In this document: one piece after another, positions 1-13,395 of the stretch
Numbering within the stretch: the first letter of the stretch is position 1
How the letters are laid out: the number at the start of each line of letters is the position of its first letter
Assembly (NCBI RefSeq): GCF_009914755.1
Contig: NC_060937.1
DNA: 64,000 nucleotides
Reading direction: 5' to 3' (one strand)
Source: the human T2T-CHM13v2.0 reference genome, Homo sapiens
Notes under the pieces: model-generated
The model's input: the letters and a program-made list of their open reading frames with translations, nothing else
Told to the model about the DNA's origin: nothing
Databases searched by the model: none
Program-made: the position numbers and the translations under genes

Positions 1-901
1 AGTTACATATTCCCTCGCAAACCTGGAGTGCAGACCACAGGGGAAGCTATCTTTGCCCTCCCAACTCGTCTGCAGTGCTTAGCCTAACTTTTGTTTATGT
101 CGTTATGAAGCATTCAACTGTGCTCTGTGAGGTGTGAAATTAAAAACATTATGTTTCACCAATATTTAAACATCAGTACTAGTTGTCCTGGGAGAAAGGG
201 AAAGGAGTTTTATGTTGCGTGAGAGGCCCATCCTGTGTAATTGGAGCAGGGCACACTTGCTTCCTGTTGAGTTAACTCAGAGGTTAAGTCCAACGGGCCA
301 CATGCAGACTTCACTGTAGGCAGGTTGCTCTCCTGCTTTGATTCCTGTTTTGTGTGTAAAATTGGCATAAACTTCTTGATTGCAGTGAAATCACAAAATT
401 CTCTATCGGGGTGGTCAACCTGAGAACATTTATTGGAACCTCTTAGCCACATTTCCAGCAGGGCAAACCAACTGATGCCCTGGAAGAGTCTTCCGCACCC
501 TCTCCAGGTGCACTCGGCCCAGTCCTGCCGCCGTGTCCAGGCGCCCCTCACCCCCACACCTGCTGCATGGCTGGCCACACCACTCAGTGCATGGCGGCCG
601 ATGGGCAGCCAACCCAAACCCGCGCCTTTCCTTGTTCCACTGCAGACTCAGATACAGATGCGAAAAATTCCTTCTTCCACCGCCCTTCTCGTTCTGTAAA
701 GAAAGAAAAGAAACATAGCCTTTCTGCATATATTCTAAACGTCTCTCTGCCTCTGTCTGACATGGGGCCACCCCACAGGTCAGAGTGGTGGTAGAACCCC
801 TTCAGGACTCCCAGCGGTGGTCAGGCTCTGAATACTCCCTTCCCAACATCCAGACTGCTGGGCCTTTGGCATCCACTTACATTAGAACCCACGTTTGTTT
901 C

Positions 902-1695
902 AGAGCACATTTTGGACTTTCACTGTTGGGAAATGAATGAATTTATAACATGCCTGCACAGCGAAGGAACACACCTGTCGCTCTTAGCTCTAGAGTCAGA
1001 GGATGAGTAAACCCAGATGCAAGAGTATAGGACATTGAGTGGGGAGAACAAGACGACCACAGAAGTCCTCAGAAGGAGAAGGAAGGACACGGAGACACTG
1101 AGAGGAGGACACAGAGGAATCGCCACCAGATCTTTGCAGTAGAAACTCTGAAATAAGCCTTGAGACCCAGACAATTGTCATGATCAGCCCAGTGTGTATG
1201 AGAGCTTAAACAAGACCTTCACACACAGTTCTAATTGAAAAGAATTCCAAACATTTCAGGGAAACACCTTTTTAAAAAATATACTGACATGGTTTCCTTT
1301 CTGTATCCCATCAGTGTTAGACACAGGTACCTATCAGAATACGGCATATCCTGAATTATCTAAGACAAGGAAGTGAAGAGCGGAATCACTGACTTTCCCA
1401 ACTGCAGAGTCCCACACTTAAATCTCAACAGAACCTAGATGTCTTCAGGCATGAATGTGAGCACCTGGAGCCCTTACTAAACAACCTGCCTGGAGCCCTG
1501 TTCTCTGCTCTGGTTGCCAAACCAGATTTTTGGATGGCCTAAATACTTGTGGGCAACTGTTACTGGTGAAAAATGGGAGTGGAGAGCATGTTTTGGATTT
1601 TCACTGTGGGGAAATGAATGAATTTATCACATGACTGTGCAGCGAAGGAGCACACCTGTCACTCTTAGCTCTAGAGTCGGAGGATGAGTCAACCC
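902..1695 (+). repeat. 113-bp direct repeat pair (902-1014 and 1583-1695)
   Basis: Ungapped alignment by eye gives 12 mismatches in 113 bp (about 89% identity). Confidence 0.9.
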
Positions 1696-4600
1696 TGTAG
1701 GAATGATTGTGCTAAATTAGGAAATAACACTTTAGTGCACTTTGCTTCCTAACCCTTTTTTGTCAGAAATCTACAACCTACTGGGCATGGAAATGATTTA
1801 AAATATGATCTGCATTGACTAAGAAAACTCATCCTCACTTATGAGGTGACCAGGATGCAGAGAGGGCCTGAGGGGCAGCAGAACAATGCAATTCACAGGT
1901 GAGGCTCCAAAAAGGGCCATTTCTTTCTCCCCAAGGTGCATAGAACATTTTTAAATATCAGAGTACCCAGCAAGACGGAAGGACTGTCATGCAGGAACTC
2001 TAACACAAAATGTGCCTATGACTAACACGACAAACCAAGGTGTATGGTTTCTTTGCACACCCAGAAAGGTGATGGCCAAGATACAGAGGAGAAACGAAAA
2101 CTGGAATTGAATGTGCATTAGGCATCTTAACTATTCATATTTTGTTTCATTTGGGAACTAAGCCTATTTGGAAAGAGTGGATTAGAAATTGAATTCTTTG
2201 TCAAACAGTTAGCTCTGTCTTGAACTTGAAGCCTTCCAAATCAGAATTATGTATTTAAGTGTGTGTTTGTGTTTGTTTGGGGTTTTTGTTTCTTACATTA
2301 GAGTTCATATTTTCTGGGATTTAAGGATACAGGTGTATTTTCCTATTCTCTTGAGAAGTAGACTAAACAATATTTGCAGTGATGACAGACGCACACAGAA
2401 GAAAACATTAGAAGAGATGCCTTTCTATCCTCTCATGTGGTTGAGCATTCTTACAGCCAAATGACTAAATTGGCTGTAAATTGGTTTCTAGGAGGAGCAG
2501 CTGTCACTACGTGTGATGTATAATATTTAGCCAGGGCCAACTCAGGGGCTGTGTCATTTGTCCTATCTTTAAATTGAGGTCAGAGTGTCACACACAACCC
2601 CTCCCCTGGGGCAGGGTGGACTGGACTAGGTTGCATACGCTGGCTGTCAGCTCAGCAAAAATGCCACATGGGGCTTGTCACTCCGCCAGACACTCACTGA
2701 CTCACGGGCTGGCAGGTCACGCTCGGTTAGCGCTCCAGGGCCTGACTCTGGATTGAGCTAAACTGGCAGAATCCACTCAGGCCAACCCTTGGTCTACTGC
2801 TGTGTACAGACAGCCCAGTCCTGTGTTGAGTCTCTCTTCTCCTGGATGACCCTGCAAAAGGAAGAGAGCAGTTGTACTGTGGGCTTAGTTCTGGGTTTCC
2901 ACTGCACACTGACACGTGCCAGCAAGGGTAGCTGTGGAAAACACGTATCAGGAGAGCAGAGTAGTCTGGATGAATACTCTGTGCTGATCAGAACGGGCTC
3001 GGTCATAATTTAGGAGTGGAGCTGATGTGTCTGTCCTGCCTCAATGCAGAATATTCCAGGCTTCTTGACCAGGGTTATGTTCACCCATCTCCCAACACAC
3101 ACATGCACACATGAAAACAAAAACATGGTAACTCTTTTGGTTCGGCACACCATACAAAACGTGCTTTGGGGCGAGGAGTGCTGTTTCTTTTAACACTTGT
3201 AGAGGAATATCCTGAGAAGTGAACCTGGGCTTTGGGAGAGCTCAGCTGAGAATTCTGTTGACATTTTCTTTCCCTTGACAAGGCTTCAGGTTCGTCTCAC
3301 TATAGGGAGCTGGCTGTGAAAATCAGTAATAACTTGTCAAGAAGCAGTGAAAAATGCGGGGGGGTGGAAAGAGTCTAGGTAACTAATGTCTTATAATGCA
3401 TATGTATGTAAATATTACAGGATTTAAGGTTGAATTTTTTAAAAAGAAAGTTATAGTCTGTAATTTCCATTTGTTATAATAATGACCTTTAATCTTGTCA
3501 TTTGGAACCATAAAGCATTTTTATCAGGTACCTCTGTTCCAAGGGATTTATGTCTTAGACCATAGCTGAATTGAATGTTTGCAAAACACTGCTATAGGAT
3601 AAGGTGGTCTTTAGTTTTGAACGTGTGAAAGGACTGCACACTTTTCAGCCAGGGTTTGAGTTACTGCCCAGGGTCATCGTCTCAAAGTAATTCAAGGAGT
3701 GATTTAACATCAGCATTTGAAATGTAGTCTTCATCTCCTGGGATCCATAAAAAAATGTGAACAGGGAAATGGTGGCTAAGCAGAGCCTGAAATAATAACT
3801 TGGCAAAGAAATGAGTTTATCAGGTCGAGTCAAAACATGGCATCCCCTGTTACACTCAAGAAATGCTTTCTTCATGTAAATGTTTATACGGGCATATATA
3901 ATCACAATGGGAACAGTTAAAACCCCCTCCCTTCAAAAAAAGAAAATCTATATCAGTTGGGTTTGGTTTTGGTTCTTCATTGGCTCAAGGCAGTTAACTG
4001 TCTCAGTATAGCCTTTGGGGAGATTTAACCTCATTCTAGCCATTTTTCCATCCTGAAGGCCAAGAAGGACTATTAGAAGGGTTTTTGAGGGGTTTCGGAG
4101 GTGAGGGCCCAAGACCCCCATAATGACATCATTAGGTATTCTTGAAAGGTGTTAACAGACCAGCACGCTCGATGTGTTGTACCCTTCATTTATTTTTTTT
4201 TCTCAGCATCCCAAGTTGTCCATCAGTACATTCCCCTTCACCTTACCTGATCTTCATTTAATGCCCAGTCTGTAACTAATGTTCTGTTTAAAGCTCTCTT
4301 AATTTGTTGGCTATGAGTGATTTGTGAATCTGGGATGTAACCCTGAGTGAGGAGAAAAGGGCATTGAGCCAGCATAAATCTGAATGGGCAGAAGCCACAA
4401 ACAAATGGGAGCAGAAAAGAAGGGCGAGCTCCCCCGCGCCGCACCCCGTGTATAATCCAGTGTTAACCTCTGAGGAACACCTCGGCTCTCCCAACTGAGG
4501 AGAGACAAAAGAGGGATTCTTTTTACACCCAGGCTGGCGCATTTTCAAGTGACAATCTCGGGCTCTAGTTGCCTTTGAGATATCCACTCTGCTCTTTCTC

Positions 4601-5700
4601 CCAGGCCTCAGACCAAGAAAAACATGCTCTCAAGATTAGCCCATAGGCAGTTCTTGTGACCTGGCTGAAGAAAGAAAGGAGACCTGTTTGTTTTAAAAGT
4701 CGGGCGCAAAGTGTCAGGTGGCTTTGATTTATGACAGAAAGAGGAAGAAGAAAGTTGGAGTAATAGCACTATCCAAATAACCCTGCCCAGGAAACTTGGG
4801 GGTCAAGAGAGCTTATCAAGAGCCTTTTATAGGTAAGCTCTTCCGTGTGAAAGAGAAAAGGCCGGAAAGAGGGAGAGAGCCCAGAGAGCAGGCTGCGAAC
4901 TCACTTCCAATGGGATTGGAGTCTGTTGTATTCTTAAGAGATAGCCTGATATGTGGTTTATAGGTGAATCAATAAACACCAACAACAACAAAAAAAAAAA
5001 AAAAAAAAGGAAGAAAAGAAAAAAAGGAAACCAGCCCTGTCATGGAATTTCTCTCCTTCCCTGCACAGTAAAGACTTTTGGGTTTTCATGGATAAAATCA
5101 ATGTCAGTACTGAAACTCCTACTCTCCCCTCCCGCCCCACTCTCCCCCGTTGCCCGAGATGGCCAAGTTCAGGCCTGTGCAATGCCGCTTCCCTCTGAGC
5201 CTCCCTCTCAAGGGCCACGCAGGCAGCTGCAGCAGGGCCAGCTGCAGGATGGGGCTGCCGGTCACTGAATTGTCGTTCAAATGCATCATCTTTGTGGCGT
5301 CTTTCTCATGCGAGCAAAGCCACGTGCTCTCCTGTCTGCTGTCACATCTGTGCCTGGATTGCTTAAATATTGTTTGTGATGGGGAGGTTTTAATCTGGTG
5401 ATGCAGAGGGAAGCAGGGCTGTGGGGGCACGTTTAATTGGCTCCCAGCAGCGTGGGGAGTGCTTCTATGGTGTGTGGGGTTTTTTGTTGCCTCCCTCTAG
5501 AAGTGTTACCGTTTTCACGTCCTATTAATGTCCTCTGGTTGTTAAATTACAGCAGCACATTACAGTGCACTGGGTTCCCTCCTGGAGTGAATACAAACGG
5601 AGGGCATCTACTTGTATTTTTAGAAGTTTTGGGAGAATTTAGTGATTTGTGGCTTTGATCAATCCTGTTGACTGGTGTATGTCTGCGCAAACCTGTTTCA

Positions 5701-5706
5701 AATAAA
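5701..5706 (+). terminator. Polyadenylation signal AATAAA (distal site of the putative ATP8A2 3'UTR)
   Basis: AATAAA, with TGTA upstream (5677) and a U-rich downstream element tgttttattttggaattttctttt (~5733-5756). Confidence 0.7.
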
Positions 5707-7002
5707 TCTTTTGTTAAAGTAAGTGATTGGACTGTTTTATTTTGGAATTTTCTTTTCCACTAATCAGCATTTACTGCCACAGGGACTGCGGCCTGTAACA
5801 CAGGGGTTTGTCAGCATGTGCAGGCTCAAGGACACATACACTGCCTGGAGAGCCGAGGCCCAGGCAACAGTGTTCACTGGCAGGAGCGCAGGAGAGTCTG
5901 AGTTCCAGATGAACACATGTTCCTTGCTCTGAGGCAAGGCCCCATTTTCTAGAAGAGAGTCCAGGGGGCCACACAGAGTTTGGATTCAGTCACTCAAAGG
6001 AAAGAATGGTGCTTACAAGACCTCCTTCCTCCATTACTTCCCTCCCTCTAGTTCATCTCATTTGGCTACAAACTGAGAAGGAGGCAGCTCAAATTCAATT
6101 GGAAAGCAGGAAGTCATGACATTGTTACTTTAAAAAGAGGAAAGACACCCCTGCCCTTTCTCTCTAGGTACAAGGAGTTGCATTCAGGTAAGCATCCATT
6201 GCCTCCAGGTTCTCTGTGATGCCTCAGCCAAGGCAGACTCCTCGCACCCGGGGTAAGGTGGGAGGAAGCTGGCGGGCCCAGATGTTGGCCCCTTGCCTGG
6301 CTTTGTTTGGGTAGCTCTCTACTTCCCCAGCAGGGTGTGACCTGGGGATGAAAGACAGCCTGTTAGATGACAGTTCTCTGGTGAGGCTTGAGCCTGGATC
6401 CCAAAAGACTTCTTAATTGCACTCTGAATTTATTGCAATTTTCCATAGCGGACTTTGATTCCTCCCAGATGGTCCAGTTCCTATCAGAGCTGGATTTGAC
6501 CAGCCCAAGGCAGTCCTGACCTCAGTGACTGTGTCTCAGGCATGGCAAGGACGCGGGAGGCCTCACTTGCAGGCAGAGAGTTCTACAGTTTAGAGCTCAC
6601 CAGGGAAGGGCTTTCATCTCCTGCTCTACATTGGCCAGGCCTTTTCTTCCCCAATGGTGAGAAAATAAGAATGATTTAATACAATCAACAGCGAAGTGTT
6701 AAATTCCAACCTTTGCCATTTCTTGTTCATATCTTTACAAAATCTGCCTTTGCCGCTGCAATGGTTTTCTTGAAATGTCATTCTTCACTGATGCTCAGCA
6801 GAATAAACTCGAACCATTGAGAGGCTCTTATTAGCTGAAAACAGTGTGCAGACCCTAACCTCTGTGCCTAAAGCAGTGTTCTTTGTAATGATGTCCTCCG
6901 GAAAAGTCTCAGGATACCTTGAAAAATCATTCAGCTTCTGCTACTATTTTCAAAATGTTTATTATGGAAGAGACATATGTAATGTGAGGGGTTAAAGTGT
7001 AT

Positions 7003-7505
<503 letters not shown>

Positions 7506-8078
7506 TGATATCTTCCACCTCATTTTGTCCCACACGTGAGTCTTTTGAGGGAACTCTCCAGTGCTGGTTGGAATGCCAAGGAGATAATGTTAACTGGGGC
7601 TATAGATGAGGCTCTGGAACTTGATTACCAGAGGGGGACAAAAATAAAACCCTTCCACCTACTAAAGCTACAAGCACCAAGCACATCCAGTCCAGCTCAA
7701 AAGCATTAAGCTTTCATTTATTAAAAGTAGGCCATGCACGTAAATAAGATGATTTAAAATTCTAAAATTCTTGAGGGTTGGTCTCAAAGCTCCATCTTCA
7801 ATCTTCAGCTGTTTGTCTCTCTCTACAATGAACTGTTGTTGACTTAAGATTCCAGAGCAATGGATATTTGAAGAAAGGGTGCGCAGGTAATCGTTAAAGC
7901 AACAGCGTTGACCTGAACCTTGGATTTGAATTGTCTGCCCCAGGAGTTTCTATATCACTGTCACTAGATAGTTGTCAAAATTTAATGCTACAGGTACTCT
8001 CTCCTCTACTCTAAAAAAATGGGTTTTGATTTGAAATATTCTAAATTGCTGAGAAACCCTTCCTGATTTTCCCCCCAA

Positions 8079-8374
8079 TTTTTGTTGTTGTTGTTGAGAT
8101 AGAGTCTCACTCTGTCACCCAGGCTGGAGTGCAGTGGCGCCATCTCTGCTTACTGCAGCCTCTGCCTCTTGAGTTCAAGTGATTCTCCTGCCTCAGCCTC
8201 CTGAGTAGCTGGGACTACAGGCACCACCACTGCCCCCAGCTAATTTTTGTATATTTAGTAGAGACGGGGTTTCACCATGTTGGCCAGGCTGGTCTCTAAC
8301 TTCTGACCTCGTGATCTGCCCGCCTCGGCCTCCCAAACTGCTGGGATTATAGGGATGAGCCACCGCACCCGACC
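8079..8374 (-). mobile_element. Alu (AluS-like) with (TTG)n tail
   Basis: Full reverse Alu with TSD-like flanks ttcc(cc)ccaa-ttt. Confidence 0.95.
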
Positions 8375-8423
8375 TTCCCCCAACTTTTAAAACTGTGGTG
8401 TATGATTAAAAGCTCTTATGCCT

Positions 8424-8717
<294 letters not shown>

Positions 8718-10724
8718 GCGGGGTGGGGGAGGCTCTTACGCCAACCTAACACATCTTGCCCTGTAGCTGGGAGGCCAGATGGTTGTTGCTTGTCGTTGTT
8801 GCTTCCCGAGTGGCCTTGAATGGAGGGTATGACTAGCTGTTAGGAGCTGAAAGAGAACAGCCCAGTAGCCACAAACAAAGCTGTTAAGCTCACTTTTTTT
8901 CCCTTCCCAGTGTCCTTAAGAGGAGCTGCCTGCAAATTACTCACAAAGATGGCTGCAGGAAAAGCCCTTGAATTTGTTTCAGTATTACATATAAATTGCA
9001 TGTGGTTGCAGAGAATGAGATTGGGAGGCCCTTATTCAAGAAACTGCCTCCAAGCAATGTTTTTAATACTTTAGCTGGAAAATGTCTTCATTCAATCTCA
9101 CTTCCCGATTTATATGATGAAAAACCCCCCTGTAATGCACAGCAGAGAGCTAAGGGATGCTCCACAGAAGCACCTGTCCTTGTGAGTGAGGGAAAACTAT
9201 TCAGACAGACAGGATGCTTTTGCATTTGTGTGCATGAGTACACACATGCATACGTACCTAGTAGTTCTATGGGAAAAAATGAAGTAAACAACTGTACAGA
9301 AATGCAAAAGAAAAAAATTCACTTTTAACTTTGAGAATTTGGCAAAGCAGCTCCAAAAGTGCCACGGCAGGTATGTAAGGGCTTAACCCAAGTCTTGTTT
9401 TAGGAGACAAGAGATAACCCATTCTCTGGAAACTGTGTGTGCTAAAGGGAAAATGCTCTGGGCCTTTTCAGTCCCAGCTGAACAGCCAGCTGGATGTTTG
9501 TCTGAGAACCAGGGGGCTTTCTTCTAAAATTGCTGAGGCTCCTGTTCCCAAGGAGAGGCCTCAACTGGTGGGCAGAGGCAGGGGAGCAGGGGGCCTTGCA
9601 GTTAGAACATGGGAAGCCGGACTTGCTAGCGATCTGGAATCTCACCATCCGAGGGAGCTTCAGCTTTGGGGCCTCTGCCATGCTCTTACGTGCTGCTCTT
9701 GTGAATACAAGCTGACTTCCAGACACTGGAGAGGTAGTGGCCAACCAACCAAAGTCCCTTTCCTCATGGAGCTTACATTCTAGTGGGAGAGACAGACAGT
9801 AAAGGAAAATGTAATGTGATATCATGTCCTACAGTGTAGGTGGTAATGTAAGCACAGGGCTAGATTCTGTGGCTCCCAGTGGAGAGTTTAGTCTTAACAA
9901 ATGCCATCATCTTTTTCTTTTCAAAAGAACCTCTTAAAACTCTGACTTGACTTGTACCTGTTGGCCACACACATAAGTGCCTGAGAGGGAGAGCAGTATA
10001 GTATGTCCTCTGTTCTTTCCCACCTAATGGCAATCTCTCTGCTCACCAAAGAGAACATCTGCCTCAGCCAGATCCCAGGGTCTATTAATGTCTCAAGCTT
10101 ATCCTCCTCACTTAAACTCTGCTGCTGACTCTTCCTTCTCCTCCCTCATGCCTTAAATCCTTCCTACCCTTGGAGGCTTTGTTCTCATCAACCTCCTCCA
10201 TGAACCCGTCTCAAACAACAGTGCTCCCTTCTCTCCTGACAGATAGCTTTTCCTGCAGTATCTGGGCACCCAGTCTTGTAGTTTTTTCTATTATGCATCT
10301 TACATGTGTCAGCCTTATATCTCCAAGAAGATTATAAACTTTCCCACAAGGACCTGTTTCCACAAGCACATGATGTCGTTTGTGTAGCAAGATGAACATT
10401 GGACTTGGAATTGGAATGCTTGTGTTCAAGTATTTATTTGCCCAGTTATTAGCCTCATGACCTTAAAGAAATCATTTCACTTCTCTGCACTTCATTTTCC
10501 TCACCTACAGGACTGGGACGCTACCTTCCTACCTCCTCACGTGATATATAAACAGGGCTGACCTGCTGCATCTACACTGCCTGGTACTATTACTGTTTGA
10601 TCAATAGCCATTTCTCTTGTCAGTTAAGTAGTTGGGGCACCCACCACTACCTCCGGACCTTCCCACAGTCCAGCAATGAAGAGGTAATGCTGGCCATGGG
10701 GGCCTCCTTACCATATAACACTCT

Positions 10725-11165
10725 TACTCTAGGTCCTGTTGCTGTCCACACAGGAAGCTAGTCGCTGAGACAAGTACTGCCAGGGAGGGCTGCAGCGAGG
10801 AGAATGGGAGATGAGTCTCAAATCCATTTCCTCTATAACTGAAATGGAGGAAATTAGCAAGGAAGAAATATAACTACGTGTGGGAAAACAGGAATTAGGG
10901 AGAGGTAAGGAAGGGGAGCTGGTCAACACGTGGTCTTAGGCAATCATGACAGTGAGCGGTCTCACATCTCATTGTCCAGATGCAGTGATCTGATAAATTT
11001 CAGTTCCTTGCTCCTGTCTGGGAGAACTGATGGTCAGTTTCCTGAGAAAGGAACTCAGATACGACAAATATAAGTTTCTCAGATGTTAAGACTTAGGGGA
11101 TCCATTTCTATGTTTATTCAAAAGAAACATAAACTTCGTTCTGTGGAGAAATTAGGCCAGTTTTA
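10725..11165 (-). mobile_element. ERV1-class solo LTR remnant (MER4 group, MER66-like)
   Basis: Motifs ctaggtcctgttgct, gctgagacaagtactgccaggga, ggagatgagtctcaaatccat and tttcctgagaaaggaactcagat resemble this group. Subfamily and strand are uncertain. Confidence 0.45.
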
Positions 11166-11227
11166 GCATGATGGTCCTTGTCCATTATGACTGGTCAGTG
11201 CCTACTGTCCTCCAGATTGAAAAGTGC

Positions 11228-11510
<283 letters not shown>

Positions 11511-11548
11511 TGAAAAGTGTTTTTATAATAACATCCCTGATTGTGACT

Positions 11549-11992
11549 TGTCCGGAGTTTGTTTGTTCCAGCGGGTTTGTGATCTCGCTGACTTCAAGAA
11601 TGAAGCTGCGGACCTTCGCGGTGAGTGTTACAGCCCTTAAAGATGGCACGGACCCAAAGAGTGAGCAGTAGCAAGGTTTATTGTGAAGTGCAAAAGAACA
11701 AAGCTTCCACAGCGTAGAAGGGGACCTGAGCGGGTTGCTGCTGCTGGCTGGGGCAGCCTGCTTTTATTCCCTTATTGGCCCCTTTCATGTTCCATTTCTT
11801 CCCTATCAGAGTGCCCTTTTTTCAATTTTCCGTGCAATTGGCTACTTTTAGGATCCTGCTGATTGGTGCATTTTATAATCCTCTTGCTAGCTACAGAGCG
11901 TTGATTGGTGCATTTTTACAATCCTCTTGTAAGACAGAAAAGTTCTCCAAGTCCTCACTTGACCCAGGAAGTCCAGCTGGCTCCAACTCTCA
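11549..11992 (-). mobile_element. LTR12-family (ERV9/HERV9) solo LTR, short form
   Basis: Minus strand begins TGAGAG..GCCAGCTGGACTTCCTGGGTC and ends ..CCGGACA. Contains ctgacttcaagaatgaagctgcggacc..gtgagtgttacagc, repeated tgattggtgcatttt CCAAT units, a TATA-like element (11761-11768) and a polyA signal (11677-11682). Confidence 0.88.
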
Positions 11993-12223
11993 GTGAGACT
12001 CTCCATTCACTCCTCTCATGACTATGCCATTTCATAACTATTCCAGGCACTCTGCTCTATGCTAATGATACAGAGAAATAAGGCACCCAAAGACCTCAGC
12101 CCAGGAGGGGAGACAGACATGTAAATATACAGGGTACAGCCAAAAAGTTATCTATTGTTAGGCAACAAACCACCTCAGCACTTAGTGGCTTAAAATAACA
12201 ACAGGTTCTTTTAAAAATTGAAT

Positions 12224-12358
12224 AGCTGGGTATAATGGCAGGCACCTGTAGTCCTAGCTACTCAGGAGGCTGAGGCAGGAAGGTCGCTCTAGTCTGGGAG
12301 TTCAAGACCAGGCTGGGCAACAGGGTGAGACCCCCATCTCAAAAAAAAAAAAAAAAAA
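12224..12358 (+). mobile_element. Free Alu monomer (FLAM/FAM-like)
   Basis: Single ~115-bp Alu arm plus poly-A. Confidence 0.85.
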
Positions 12359-12371
12359 CCAACCAACAAAA

Positions 12372-12945
12372 TTAAACATAAAATTATCACGTGATCCAGC
12401 AGTCACACTTCTGGGTATATACCCAAAAGAATTAAAACCAGGATCTTAAAGAGATATTAGTACACCCACACACAGCAGCAGTCTTCACAATGGCCAGATG
12501 AAAACAACCCAAATGCACATCGATACATGAATGGGAAAACAAAGTGTGGTCTATAGAGACAATGGAATATTAGCCTCTCAAAGGAATGAAATTCTCACAC
12601 TTGCCACAACAAGTGTATGAATAAACCTTGGATGAACCTTGAAGACATTATGCTACGTGAAATAAACAAGACACAAAAAGAGAAATATTATACGTTTCCA
12701 CCTATACGAGATGCCTAGAGTAGTCAAATTCATAGAGATAGAAAGTAGAATGGGGCTTGGGGGAGGGAGAATTGGAAGTTCGTGTGTAACCGGTACAGTT
12801 TCAGTTTGGGAAGCTGAAAGAGTGCTGGAGGTGGTGGTGGCGGTGGCTGCCCAGCGCTGTGAAGGTTCTTCAGTGGACTGAACTGTCTGTCCGCTTCAAA
12901 ATGGTTAAAATTTTGTTATGCACACGTTACCACAATTTTTACAAA
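12372..12945 (+). mobile_element. L1 3' end fragment (L1MB-like)
   Basis: cttctgggtatatacccaaaagaatt, tggatgaaccttgaagacattatgcta, caaattcatagagatagaaagtagaatg and aaaatggttaaaat are typical L1M 3' motifs. Confidence 0.85.
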
Positions 12946-13056
12946 ATCAAACTTTTTTTTTTCTAATCTGCAATTTGGAGAGTGCCCAGCAGGAATGACC
13001 TATCTCTGATCCATGAGGTTTGGGAGCTCAATTGGGATGATTGAAATGGCTGGGGC

Positions 13057-13395
13057 TGTGCTGTGAGCTGAATGTTCTGTCCCTCCACCCGGATTCATAT
13101 GTTAAAACCCTAACCCTCAAGATGATATTAGGAGGTGGGGCCTTTGGGAGGTGATTAGGGTGACGCCCTTGTGATGGGATTAGTGCCCTGAGAAGAAGAG
13201 AGTAGCCAGCCATCTACAAACCAGCCATCTACAAGCCAGCCATCTACAAACCAGGAAGAGGGTTCTCACAAACCCCAACCACGCTGGCACTCTGATCTCA
13301 GACTTCCAGCCTTTAAAACTGTGAGAAAGAAATGCTTGCTATTTAAGGTCCCCAGTCTGTAGAACTCTGTTATAGTAGCTGGAACAGACCAAAGT
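13057..13395 (+). mobile_element. MLT1A-like MaLR LTR with an internal 3 x 15-bp tandem repeat (13206-13250)
   Basis: attcatatgttaaaaccctaacc, aggtggggcctttgggaggtgattagg and ctcagacttccagcc..aactgtgagaaa; repeat unit ccagccatctacaa(a/g). Confidence 0.8.

Larger units (their letters stand above)
1..5722 (+). other. ATP8A2: Probable long 3'UTR (terminal exon) of the upstream convergent gene, most likely ATP8A2
   Basis: About 5.7 kb with no Alu/L1 and no credible ORF, ending at AATAAA 5701-5706 followed by a U/GU-rich tract. Gene identity comes from recalled human 13q12 gene order (ATP8A2 convergent with SHISA2), not from coding sequence in the window. Confidence 0.7.

Noticed and set aside
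210-794. Cluster of ORFs at the window start as a possible ATP8A2 last coding exon
   Set aside because: None resembles a P4-ATPase C-terminus (no GYAFS-type motif), so the coding end must lie before the window.
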